Source of the DNA: Raillietiella orientalis
Lineage: Eukaryota
Direction of reading: 5' to 3'
Assembly: GCA_036172245.1 (NCBI GenBank)
Contig: JAYWIR010000001.1
Span: forward strand, 11,284,001 to 11,348,000
Length of the DNA stretch: 64,000 nucleotides
Part shown: positions 26,638 to 38,000 of the stretch, in pieces
How positions within the stretch are numbered: position 1 is the first letter of the stretch
Layout of the letters: each line of letters begins with the position of its first letter
Program-made: the position numbers and the translations under genes
Notes under the pieces: generated by a model
What the model was told of the DNA's origin: nothing
Database searches by the model: none
What the model saw: only the letters and a program-made list of their open reading frames with translations

Positions 26638-29600
26638 ATGAAAACCAAACGGAAAAGAGGAATGATGCCAGACAAAAAAGTGAACGATCAGGAGGATGCA
26701 GAAGTGGTACCAGCCGCAAGACACTCGGACCAGCCGGCAGTCAAAAGAGTAAGTGGGAACTTTTGCAGCGAAAACGAGGCCAATCGAGTGGATTTCCGGG
26801 AGTGGGCTGACGTGGTAGTGGGCTGATAAGGCCTACGGAGCGAATCTGAACGAATTTGTTCGTGTTTTCTTCTCAACGAGCTCGAGTACTTCGTACTTGA
26901 AGGCTCAATCTTTCCAAGTTGAGACCCCCCAGGAAAGGGGGGGAGTGGAGTTGCGCAGTTTGCAACAAAAACAAAAGGAAAGCATGCAAAGGTGTTCCAG
27001 GTTCATATCGCAAATCATTCTGGAAAACAGATGTTCTTGCTGCTGCATCTTTCCAGAATCCGGTTTAGAAGTGAACAAAGCGTAGCATTTTTTGTGGCGT
27101 GATGAGGAAGCGGGAAGGATGTTTTTGAGTGCGGACGGCTCCCCCTTTTTTTTGTGTGCGGACGGCTCCCCCCCCCCCCCCCCCGTTTATCCCGAGACGC
27201 CGATTGATTTTCTTCAAGTTTACGGAAGCAGCGAGTTTGGGGATTCCCCGTAGGGTCGAATCATGCGAGATTTTTATCACTTTTGCAAGAATCGGCTTGG
27301 GTTGAGCTTTTAGCATAAGCTACCTAGAAAATTGCCCCCCCCCCCCTTTTTTTTTTTTTTACTCCTTTTCTGTCATGTTTGGTAAGCATCCTTGAGTTTT
27401 CCTATTAGTTTATTATGACTATTATTATTGTCTATTCTCTGCACGTAATTTCCGACTTTTAAGTGGCGCGCCACGAGCTTTGTGCGGGCGAACCGCGATT
27501 TCATCTGACCGTAGTTTCGTCCACCGTAGGCGCGCGCCTTTTTCGTCGGTCGCCCTACTTTTGTCGGTGAAAAGCCCTAAACCAGCGTGCGGACCCTGTT
27601 GGATCGCCCAGCCGTGGCTGGGTCGAACCCCGCCGCCCTCGTGGGTGCCGCTTCCTTTGAATGGTTCCTCAGGCCACCAGAGGAGAAGAGAAGAAGACGT
27701 TGGTCCGGCCCTCGGCCGCGGTCGCTGGCCTTTGCTTCCCTCTCCCGCTCGTGCGCGACCCGGCAAGGCCGGAGGTGACTGCGGATGCCGGGAGCTGTCT
27801 TTCTGTGAATGGGTTTCGATGCTAGCGACTTCGGGATCGGGCGCTTCGTCGCGGAGGTGACGCGACCTCCGCTGCTGCAACTCCGTTGTCCGGGAAGCCG
27901 TGTCAGATCTCCTTGTCTTTTTTCGTCCAGCCGAAGCGCGCGCAAGAGGGTGGCCCGCTTGCGAGCGCAGGTCTCCTCAGCGCGCGTGGCTGCTTCGGGT
28001 CACCAGCGTGGAGAGGAATCCCTTGGCCTCGCGTGCGTGTGGCGCGCGTGACTTCTGTTATCCCTCCGGGGAGGGGTTGGACCCTGATCCCGTCGCTTCT
28101 TGTCTCAAACACTGCGCGAGGTGGTTCTCAAGATCTCTGGGGAGGGGGGGGGGGCGTTTTCGTTCCATCGCGCTGGACATTCTCGAGTTGTCGGCCAGAC
28201 GATGCACGCAATGCCGTGCAGACCGCGCGCCTCCCGAGGGAGCCGGCCATCGCTCGTGGTTCGTCCGTGACGATTCGGGAGGGAGGAGCACGCACTTCCC
28301 TTGTTCCCTGCCTCCACGCCGCGCTCCCCATGCAGTTCCGTCGGGAGGAAGGGGGTCAGGAAGGCTCACGAACGTGTCCCCTCCGGAAACACAGTTGTCC
28401 TCGGAGCTCGACGGACCGGTCTTAGGGTGGGCGGAAGCGCTTTCGTTCGTAGGGTCCCTTCCCCAGGCGATGCAGTCGCCTCCCTCTTGGTCTTCGGGAC
28501 CTCAGTGGGCACGGGGGAGGGCACCCTAGTCCTTTTCCCACGGCTCGCCCATGCCTTATCTGGCGCCCCATTGCACCCTTGTCGACCAATGCGCATGCGG
28601 AAGTGGGCGTGCGCGCATGGAGTGAACGGTTGCCCTGGGCATCAGCGTGCGTGCGTGCCGCCTCTCCGAGGAAAGGAGGATGAGGATAGGCTGACCCTCA
28701 TCTGCGCCCCTTTCCCGTGTCCCCAGGGCAGATGGACAAACAAGCAGCGCGTGCTGGTGCTCTCCAGCAGGGGGATCAGCTCCCGGAACCGGCACCTGAT
28801 GGAGGACCTGCGCCAACTGCTGCCCCACAGCAAGAAGGAGCCCAAGATGGAGCGGAAGGGGGCGCTGTCTGTCCTGGACGAGGTCTGCGAGGTGCGCAAC
28901 TGCAACAAGTGCCTGTTCTTCGAGTGCAAGAAGCGCGATGACCTCTACCTGTGGATCTCCAACGTCGGCGAAGGCCCCTCAGCGAAATTCCTCGTGCAGA
29001 ACAGTACGTGGGTGGTGGTGAGGGGGAAAGGGACGCAACCCAACTATCTCATTCTCCCCCCCCCCATCCCTACCCCTTTTTTTTTCACCCTCCCCGCCTC
29101 ACTCTTGCTGATCTTTGCCGCTACCTGCCTGCAGTACACACCATGGCGGAGCTCAAGCTGGCCGGCAACTGCCTGAAGGGGTCGCGCCCCATCCTTTCTT
29201 TCGACAGTGCCTTCCACCGCCTCCCCCACCTCGCCGTATTGCGCGAGCTCTTCGTGCAGACCTTCGGCACCCCGAACCATCACCCCAAGAGCAAGCCCTT
29301 CGTGGACCACGTGCTCTCCTTCTCCCTGCTGGACGGGAGGGTGTGGTTCCGCAACTACCAGATCTTGGATGAGGACGGGAAGCTCTCCGAGATAGGTGAG
29401 GAGGGGCGGAAGGAGCAGGGGTAACCTGCGCTCGGCCTTCAGGTCCCCGGTTCGTCCTCAACCCCATCAAAATTTTTTCCGGGAGCTTCTCCGGCGCAGT
29501 CCTCTGGGAGAACTCCAGCTACGTCTCCCCCAACTCGGTAGGTCCGGGGGAAGGGGGCGAAGGAAACGAAAGGCGGTTTGGTCTCCAACGCGGCGCCCTC

Positions 29601-29746
29601 GCCTTCCCTTCCAGCATCGCCAGCAGCTGAAGCGGGAATCATCTCGCCGCTATGTTGTCCGCGCCCACGAGAAGATCGCCAGAGAGAAACGCCGACCCGC
29701 CGTGTCTTATCCGCTCGACCCCACCGCCGAAGTTTTCCGGGATTGA
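26638..29746 (+). CDS. BRIX1: Ribosome biogenesis protein BRX1 homolog
   Basis: Exon 1 26638-26748 (MKTKRKRG...PAARHSDQPAVKR), ~2-kb intron, then from 28727 GRWTNKQRVLVLSSRGI...LLPHSKKE...NCNKCLFFE...GPSAKFLVQN / HTMAELKLAGNCLKGSRPILSFD...KSKPFVDHV...WFRNYQI...EIG / PRFVLNPIKIF..SF.G..LWEN..YVSPN / ...DPTAEVFRD*. Classic Brix domain. Confidence 0.96.
27122..27172. repeat. Short tandem duplication (period 27 bp) in BRIX1 intron 1
   Basis: TTTTTG(A/T)GTGCGGACGGCTCCCCC occurs twice, followed by a long C run. Confidence 0.85.
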
Positions 29747-29888
29747 AAAAAAAAAAAAAAAAAGACAAAGAGACCACTGGCAAGGGCTGCTTGCGCCGTG
29801 CATGGGTGGTTTTTCTTTCTTTCTTTTTCGTTTGTCCGTGCTGTCCTTTTTGTTTTTCCTGGGGCGAGGGGAGAGGGGCAACATATCT

Positions 29889-32800
29889 TCAGGGGCAGGT
29901 GTAAGCATTGTAGATAGGCATCTCGGTGGGCGCCGCAGTCACAGTCTCCACCGTTCCCAGGAACTTCTTCGCGGGGGGAGCTGCGGAGCGGCCCTGGGCA
30001 CGCAAGGGGCAGAACTGGGGCAGAAAGACGATGCACAGCGCCGAGGTGGCGCAGAGGAGCAGGGAGATGGCGGCGGAAGGCTCGTGGAAGCCAGCGGGCG
30101 CGTAGAAGAAGAGCGCGGCTTCCCCGGCAAGCAGTGCCAGGGCCGCCGCGCACGACAGCACGAGGCGCGCCCGCTCGTTCCCACGAGCGCGAGGGCTCAG
30201 CAGGAGCGCGAGCGTCAACAGCAGCGCGAGGTAGCCCCGCAGCAGGGCGAAGCGGAGCCAGGGCCTGGCGCCCTCCGCGTCCAGAGGGCCGCCGCCACTG
30301 ACGCGCAGTTTGTAGGCGTGGCCGCACAGGGACGCCTGCACTCCCACTAGGAGGAGCAGCGTCAGGAAGGCGTCGAGCAGACTGGCCGGCGGGCTCCCGC
30401 CAGCGGTGGGACGCAGCCTCAGCAGCTGCAGGAGGGCAGAGCCGAAGGTGAGGGCGAGGGCCAGAGCCGGCGCGAAGTCGCGAAGGGCGGCCGTAGCACC
30501 TCCGTCGCCGCGGTCGACCGGGAGCACGTAGGCGACGACCGAGGCGTACTGTGCCGCCGCGCCAAGCAGCAGAGTAGACATCAGGGCGCGTCTCCGTGCC
30601 GCCGCGCGCATGCAGGCGTACAGCGCCAGCAGCACGCCCACCGAGGAGAGCGCGAGCGCCGGCACCGCCCACGTCCTTCTCTCGGCGCGGACTCCCAGCA
30701 GCAGCGGCCAGTCGAAGGCTCTTCCTCCGCCTCTTCCCTCCTCCTCCTCCTCCTCCCCAGCCGCCGCCGCCGCTGCGGGAGGCGGGGATTTCCCGTGGCG
30801 TCGGAGGCGAGTCCTGTCCAGCAGCATCCCCTGGTCGGACGAGTACCAACCGACCCTCTCCAGACCACCTCCCTCCTCCAGGAGGGAGACGCTGTACTGG
30901 TTGGCTGCCAGCCGCCCCGACGACGTGAAGCGCAGGCGTGTCCCTCCCAGTTCCGGCGCGCTGCCACCGTCGTAGGTGAAGCTCAGCCGCCGCAGCGCCC
31001 GCAGCACCTCGGCGTGAACGTCGCGGCCCAGGGCTGCCCGGCAGTGCGCCCTCAGCTGGCAGCGGTCGATCTGCACCAGGCGGAAGGCAGCCGAGAGGGC
31101 GGAGACGGCCTTGACGACGAAGGTGACCTGCGACGAAGGCGGGGCATTGATGGTCTTCGCCTCCCGACCTCCTTGGAAGGAAGCGGGGAGGGAGGAATCC
31201 ACCCACCCTCGAGTCCTGCTGGAAGCGCTCCTGCATGTCCTCGCGGCGCAGCGCGTAGCAGTTGGGTGCGGCCGACATCGGGAGGGAGTCAGGACTGCAC
31301 TGGAATTCCCTCTGGGCGTACTCCAGCAGCACGGGATGCAGCTCGGCGTCGTCTTTCAGCCGCTCCAGGGTCTGTTCCGAGACGGGGGAGAGAATGAGGG
31401 GGGGGGGGGAGGGAGGAAGGACGGAAAGACCCACCTCGATCTTGCCCAGGAAGTACTCCTGAAACTCTCGGATCTCCGGCAGTAGCGGCTCCACCACGAA
31501 CCCGCGAGCAAGCGGCGGCGCCCAGGCGCGGGCGGACGCGCGGACGGATCCGGAAGTGACGGCAACCCAGCGGCACGGCGCGCCTTCCCTTTGGAAGCGG
31601 CGCGAGTCCTGGAGGAAGCGCCCCAGGTGCTCCAGTTCTTCCGGTTCCAGCGACAGCAGGTACCCGGAGCTCGGGTCCTTCAGCAGGAACTCCTCCGCGG
31701 CACCCAGCCAGCGGGGCGATCGCCGGGGGGTCACGTGCAGCGCGCGGCCCACCCTCACGCCTATGCGCTCCGCTTCCTGCCTCACCAGGTCGATGGACTG
31801 CGACTCGGAGCTGACCACGTCCACGCTTTTCCAGCGCAACTCTTTCAGCAGGCTGGCTGCCGCCTGCGGACGAAAGAAGAGCGGAGAGTAACGCGCGCCT
31901 GAGAATGGGAGGAGGTGACGAGAGGAGGGAGATGGAGAAGAAAGAGGAGGGAAGGACCCTCTGGGTCTTTCCTTCGCTGCATTGCAGCGGCTGTCGACCG
32001 TGGCCACGAAGGACGCGTGCTCCCAGCATGGCCCCCAGGCCGGTAGTCAAATCGGGGGGGGGGGGGGGGTGCTGGAACATCCATCCGCCTCCCCTGACCA
32101 CGGGCTGCTGCCCTCCTTTCGCTCCCACACGTGGGTTGCTGTCCAGGAGGACGGAGGGGGAGGAAGCAGTCGTCGTTTGGGGCGCTTGCAGCCCCTGCGA
32201 GTCTTCCGGTGGGGGGAGGGGAGGAAGTCGCTCCCGCGATAGGGGTGTTGCCGGCAGCCGCAAGCCGGCCTCACGCGCACACCTCGAGGCAGTGGTGGCG
32301 GTGCGTCCACCCTCTGCCGTCGACTCCCCGGGGGAAGGGAAGATGGGCCCTTGAAATAACGGGACTGCTCGCCTCCGCTGCTTCCCCCTCCTCGTTCAGT
32401 CAAGGGCGGTCCCCCCTCCGGAGACTCATCGATCTTGAGGAAAGAGGAGGGGACGTAGAGGCAAGGGGTATCCACCAGCAGGATCAGAGGGCAAATTGGG
32501 GGGTCGTGAGACCGGCCCTCTTCGCCAACTGCAAATCGCGGCTTCTGCCCGAAAGTCACGGATGACCTCGACTGCAGAGCGGGAGACTTCCAGGGGGCGG
32601 GCCGGTGGTTCTCCGACCCCCCGGGGGCGCTGGGAGGAGTGGGAGCGAGCACCAACCTTGATGTGGGACGTATGGTCGGGAGCGGTGGTTAGCACGTTGT
32701 CGAACTTGGTCGGGAGTCCGCTGGTCTTCGACGAGGTCACGATGAGGGGCACCTCGTAGGCGTGGAGGACGCTCGCCACCGGCAGCAGGACGCCTTCGTC

Positions 32801-35074
32801 CCCCTCGCCGATTATACCTGCGAAAAGGGGAACGCTTGTGGCGGGACGGAGGGTCTCCCCGCCCCAACGCGGCTTACCCAGCAGACGCCGGCCGTCCTCC
32901 TGCTCCCTTCCCGCCTCGTGGGTGAGCGACACCGTCTCCCGGATGGCGACGTCGGAGCTCCCGCACGTGTCCAGCAAAGACGCTCCTGGAAGCAGGGGGC
33001 GGGTCAGTTGTGATGACGAACGCAGTGAAAATGGGGGATGGGGGCGAGTGGGGTGTGGCGCGCGCTCTGCCGTTTCTTTCTCCCCTTCCCTCCTCCGCTG
33101 AGCCTGAGAGTATCCCCGGCTGCGCCCTGCCCTCTCGGGATCCATGTCGGCCTCCGCGGCGGGCAGCGTGTCCTCCTCGGTGCCGGGGAGCGTGGACTCC
33201 TCCCCCCGCCCGGAGTCGAAACGAGAATCCAGGAACGACCTGGAGAGTGGGGGTGCGGGGACCGTACTTGCCCTCTCGCGAGTAGGCTACCGGACCCTTC
33301 TGCCAGCACTCATCCGCGGCGCAGCAGCAGCTCCATTGACGCTATGGGAGAGGGGAGGCATCTGTGGTACCACAAGGACACTCCAGGGGCCGGGGACCTA
33401 CTCCCTGCCTCCACGGCACTGCGGCCGTCCAGAAAACCCACACTTCAGACCCATTCAAAACGACAAAGGGGACACGAACAGACGGGCGCACTCGTGTATA
33501 CCCAGACCGTTCTCTCCGACGCCCTCACTTCCGCTGCTACCGCAGTCGCCAAGGTCAGGATTGTTCCCACCCTCAAAGAGACGTTTCAAGCAAGGGAAGA
33601 ATGGACTTCCCAAGACCAGAAGGCTGCGCGAAAGTGTGGCTGGCAGCATCCCCTCTGTACCGTGACGCTCCTCGCGAACCTGTCCTCTGCCACAGGATGG
33701 CAGCAAGGCTGCGAAAAGGAAAAGTCGCGGCGTGCAAAAAGTCATGGCGAGTTCGCGGCGCGGTCCGAAAGAACGTCCGCCGGATCGTTTGCGCCCACAA
33801 CGGTTGCGAGAAAACCACATCTGCCTGCGACCGCTGCATTCCCGTGGAAAACTCCTCACGGGAAGGTCATTTGGCAAGCTTTAAAAAGAAGGCCAGAGAC
33901 AAATTCGAAAAGACGACAATAAAGCATGGGGGAAAATGGGGGTGCGCATCACACGAACGGCGTTTCCAAGGAAACCAGATCGCGCGTCACAAATAGTGTG
34001 AGCAGTAACGTGTGTCGGGTTCTCCGCAGTTGACGCTTCCCAATAAAAATTCGTTTTATTCCTTAGTCGATCCTCACGACGAAGAAATGTAGAAAAAAGA
34101 AAGAGGGAATCCTTCACAACTGACCGATGTGGGAAACCACCTCTTTGCTGAAACCACACGGGCGGCAACAGGCGGTCCCATCGCCTTCGCTTTCCAGGAC
34201 CATCTTAATTTTCCAGAAACAGATCCAGCGAAGGGGAAACCGAACGCGGCGACTCCGTTACGCTTCGCCCTCCAGGGAGACATCCGCCGCGCGTGCATCG
34301 CGTTCCTCCCGGGCGCCGCGGCGTAGCCAGTGACCCGTCACAAGTCACGTGCTTGAGTGCGGGAGGAGAACAAAAGCGGGGAGGGAGAAGAGGACGCAAG
34401 ATCAGCAGCTCGCAGAAAGGGAATGTGGGCGACGACCATTCTTCCCGAAGCATCGTACGTGACCGCGGAGAGTTTGAGCGTGTCCGTTTCGGACACGGAA
34501 TTCAGGACGGAAGAATTTTTCCGAGCCGAAGCGTGGGTGCTGCTGCAGCTGGCATCGGACGCGACGAGGTGTTCCGCTTCGGAGCCATCCGCTCTTGCTA
34601 AGCCGAGAAGCTGCTGGGAAGGGGCTCCTCGGCGAGGCGGGGTTTTTCTTTCGCGACGCTCGCGGTGGTGGCACCACCCGCACAAGAGGGGCTGAGCCCC
34701 GAAACCACTCACGTAACCGGAATCCATCAGGATTGGTCTGGTTGTTAATTATCTTCGCCGCCCACTGAGCTGCCACAAACAATTGCACCGCATGGACGCT
34801 GATGTCGAAGCACCTGGGAGAGGATGCGTTGGAGGCGTACTCAGGCAGCATCCTTTCTCCATGCAGCCCGAGGAGAACTCCTGCAACAGGCAGATCCACG
34901 TTCAGTGATCACCGGAAGCCTGCGCGCGTAGACTGTCTGTCGTCAGCGGTACGCACCAAAAGTGACTTCCTGGCTGCTGTCCTCGTCATCGGTAGTGGTG
35001 GAGGCAGCGGACACCAGTCTGACGAAAGTGAGGAACGCGTAGCACGCACCGGTCGGCAACGTCGTCCTGTGCAT
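29889..35074 (-). CDS. Divergent class C GPCR (mGluR-like Venus flytrap + 7TM, no cysteine-rich domain; possibly Boss-like)
   Basis: Signal peptide MHRTTLPTGACYAFLTFVRLVSA, then spliced EVTF|GVLLGLH...AAKIIN...GFRL|RASLLDTCGSSDVAIRE...GIIG...VPLI...TAPD...LLKELRWKSV...FQEYF...LEYAQREFQC...QQDSR|VTFVVKAVSALSAA...C...C...VLRALRRLSF...VGWY. Seven hydrophobic helices follow, with GNERARLV and VFLPQ class C-like motifs; stop at 29889. Confidence 0.85.
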
Positions 35075-38000
35075 GAGCCGCCAATGAAACCATCAAACCT
35101 GTGGGACAGAAACGTCACTGCCATTCCGATGGAAAAACAAGGCGAAAATACGGAGCAGGTCCTAATCTGTTGCTCACTGAGGTTTTTTGCTTTCCCCAAA
35201 GCACCATCGGCCCTCCGCTATTAACTTGACCTTTCCCATTACAAATGACGCTCTCTTCCAAGTGTCTCCCCCACCGATTCATGGCGATTTGCGAAAAGCG
35301 GCCACAATGCGGTATCAGCGCTGAATCAAATCTGCCATCTGGAGTAGATGGCCACTATAGCCAAGCAATCGCCAGCAAAGAGGTTCGGTTGCCGTGATCA
35401 ACACGAGAAATTAACGAGATTCTACGGGAGCGTGTGCAAGATCGTCGAAAAGTTGAGGTCAAGCCGTCATTTCGATTCCTCGGCACAAAGCCGGGAGGTC
35501 GCTTTGCACCGTCGCTGGCTACTGGGGAAAGTGTTACGGTACGCTGCTGCAAAAGTCGTCTGCGAGAAATCGGGAAAGCGGCTACGGCACTGACGGTCCC
35601 CGGTGAGCTTCGTTTTTGCATGCCGGAGAGGGATCCTTTCGATGATCCTCCAACCGTGTTTGTTTCTCTCGCCCTTCGCTTCATTTATTCAAGGGCTTCA
35701 TTTACTTCACTGTATTTTTTTTTTTTTTTTCACTTCGTGGCAAAGTTCGTCGATCGTTACGATCGACGTTGTTTTTCCTCGCTTTACTTCCATGAAGGAA
35801 AGTCGCTTGGCACGCCTGCATTAGCCTCGCTCCAGTCGAGTTCACCCATTGTTGGAAACTCTCTCTCCCTCCCTAGCGGAAATACAGTGAAGTTTTCTTC
35901 AACGCCCCTCTCGGACACGCCTGCTGCATTAATCGCGTGAATCGGCAGATCCAAGACGGCGCGTAATCCATTACGCACACGTGTACCAGACGGTACATTG
36001 CTGTACAGTGTACTATGGAATTAAATATTTACATAACGTGACGCATAGCAAGCAGTTAGGCAGTGGAGTCGCGGTTTGGGCTTCCCACAGGATCGTCGCT
36101 CAGGGATTCCACGTACGACCGTGACGAGCGTACACCAAGGAGACGCTGCACACAGAACGCGTGTCCCTCCTGACTTCCGGTGGGAACTTTTGTGCTTCGC
36201 CGCACAAGACGGCCCGAGTTGGTGTCCCTTCGCCGTGAGGGATTTGCGCGCCTTCCCGCGCGCCCGCGTACCGATTAGCCCGCCTAGAAGACGCACGCGA
36301 GGGTTCCCCTTGGGAGAGGGAAAGAATTTTCGTGGTGTCGGGACTCCCCGGAAATTCGAAAAAAAAAAAAAAATTCCTTCTCGAGCGTTTCGTCCTGCTT
36401 TCAAGACGGATGCGGCCGGCGTCCCGCGTGCCGGAAGGGGGGGAGTTTCTCGTGGGGTTCCGTTCCCGGACGGCTTTCCCGCGGTTCAACCGCTTTTCCG
36501 AAAATCCGTGCGTCAGTCGGGGCCCGCCTCAGGGTGGGAGGGTGGCTGCGGGGAGCGGTCGGCGCCTCGACCGCGCGACGACGACCGCCGCGTGCGTGTG
36601 GCACGCGGGGGGGGGGGGGGGGGGTGCGAGGAACACTGGCTGAGTCAAAGCTCCTCGCTGCGGGCGGGAGCGCCCTCTCCCAGGCGCGTGCTGCGGCACC
36701 GAAGAGATGCCGAACAAGGCGTGGCAAGGTTTCGCTAAGGTCGGACGCCTGCCGCCGTCCAGAAAGGGCTCAGAAGACAGAGGGACTGCACTCCCCACTT
36801 CCTCACCATCGGGAAGACGCGGCAGTCGAGAGAGCGATCCACGGGCGCGTCCCGGCTCAGGGCCTCCCTGAAGCGCTCCGGAGGCGAGGGGGGAGGGGAG
36901 AGCTTCAAATGTCACCCGCCCCGCTTCACCTCCGGAGGCCACAGATGAGCAGGGAGGAAGGGAGTCGCGTCCTTCCTCGGGAATAAGGGGAAACCGCGCC
37001 GTTCCTCGTCTGTGGACTCGCGTGAGCGCGCACGCTCCTGAGGGTGACCCTTCGGCGTCCCGTCCCCAAGGCATCTTCCCCCTTCCTCCTCCTCACAGCT
37101 GTCCTGACTCCGAAAAGTCTTGCCATCCCGTGGTCTCTCGCTTCTCGGGAGAGACCCTGGAGGCCTCTGGGACTGACCCCGCCATCGTGCTCCGCCTTCG
37201 CTTGACCTCGGCCGATGATCCGATCCCCTGCGGCGCACTCGCACGCGCCAAGGGAGCGACGGGTCAGGGGGACGAGGAGAGCACCTCCCCTTTTCCTCGT
37301 CGTCGTCACTCGGGGACGTCTGGAACTCCGCATCTCCCTGTCCTCTCTCTCTCTCTCTCCCGGAGCGCGCGTGGAGGTCGGACGACCGCAGCGCCACGGC
37401 GCGGGTGGCGGAGAAAGGAGGAAGCGAAAAACCCTTCCGCCGCTCCAGACCAGCCGCAGCCTCACCCTTACTCCCACCATCTCCCCACGCGAGTGACCCC
37501 GTCTCCTCGGAAAGGGGATTCGCTGCACTCCCCCCCCCATCCAACGGAGAAGGCCGTCGGTCGGAGAGCCCCTCTTTCTCGCGTCGCCAGTTGGCCGCCG
37601 TCCCACCCGGGGGTCCGTGCCGCCTACCCCGTGGAGAGAGGGGTTCCGGATGGACCTCTGGGACCGATTCCTCTGACCCTCGCTGCTAAGAGAGGTCGAG
37701 GGTTCCCTCCGTGGAGGGCGTGGGTCTTTCGGGTGGGCGACCGCAGCAGAGGGTAGGAGGGAGGTCGAGCGCACACAGTCCAGGGTATCCGCGTGGGGAG
37801 GGGAAAGACGGGTACGCGGATGTCCTTCCACGCGGCTCCAAGAGCGGATGGTCGCTCGTGCTGAAACGCTGGAGGGGTGGCGCCGCGAAAGGATGCGGTG
37901 GACACGAAGGGGAAGGGGCGAAATGAACCGGGCTGTGGTGGTTGGGAGGGAGGGTGAGCCGACAGCTGCGAGGGTTTGCAGGTCACCATCTTATGAAGTT

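Noticed and set aside
27600..27640. B-box-like GGTCGAACC with a small hairpin in BRIX1 intron 1
   Set aside because: No cloverleaf or A box; a nearby C-box-like GTGATGA (27099) has no D box at suitable distance.
29707..32007. 766-aa minus-strand ORF as a single protein
   Set aside because: Only part is real GPCR exon; it runs through introns and then out of frame over the 7TM exon.
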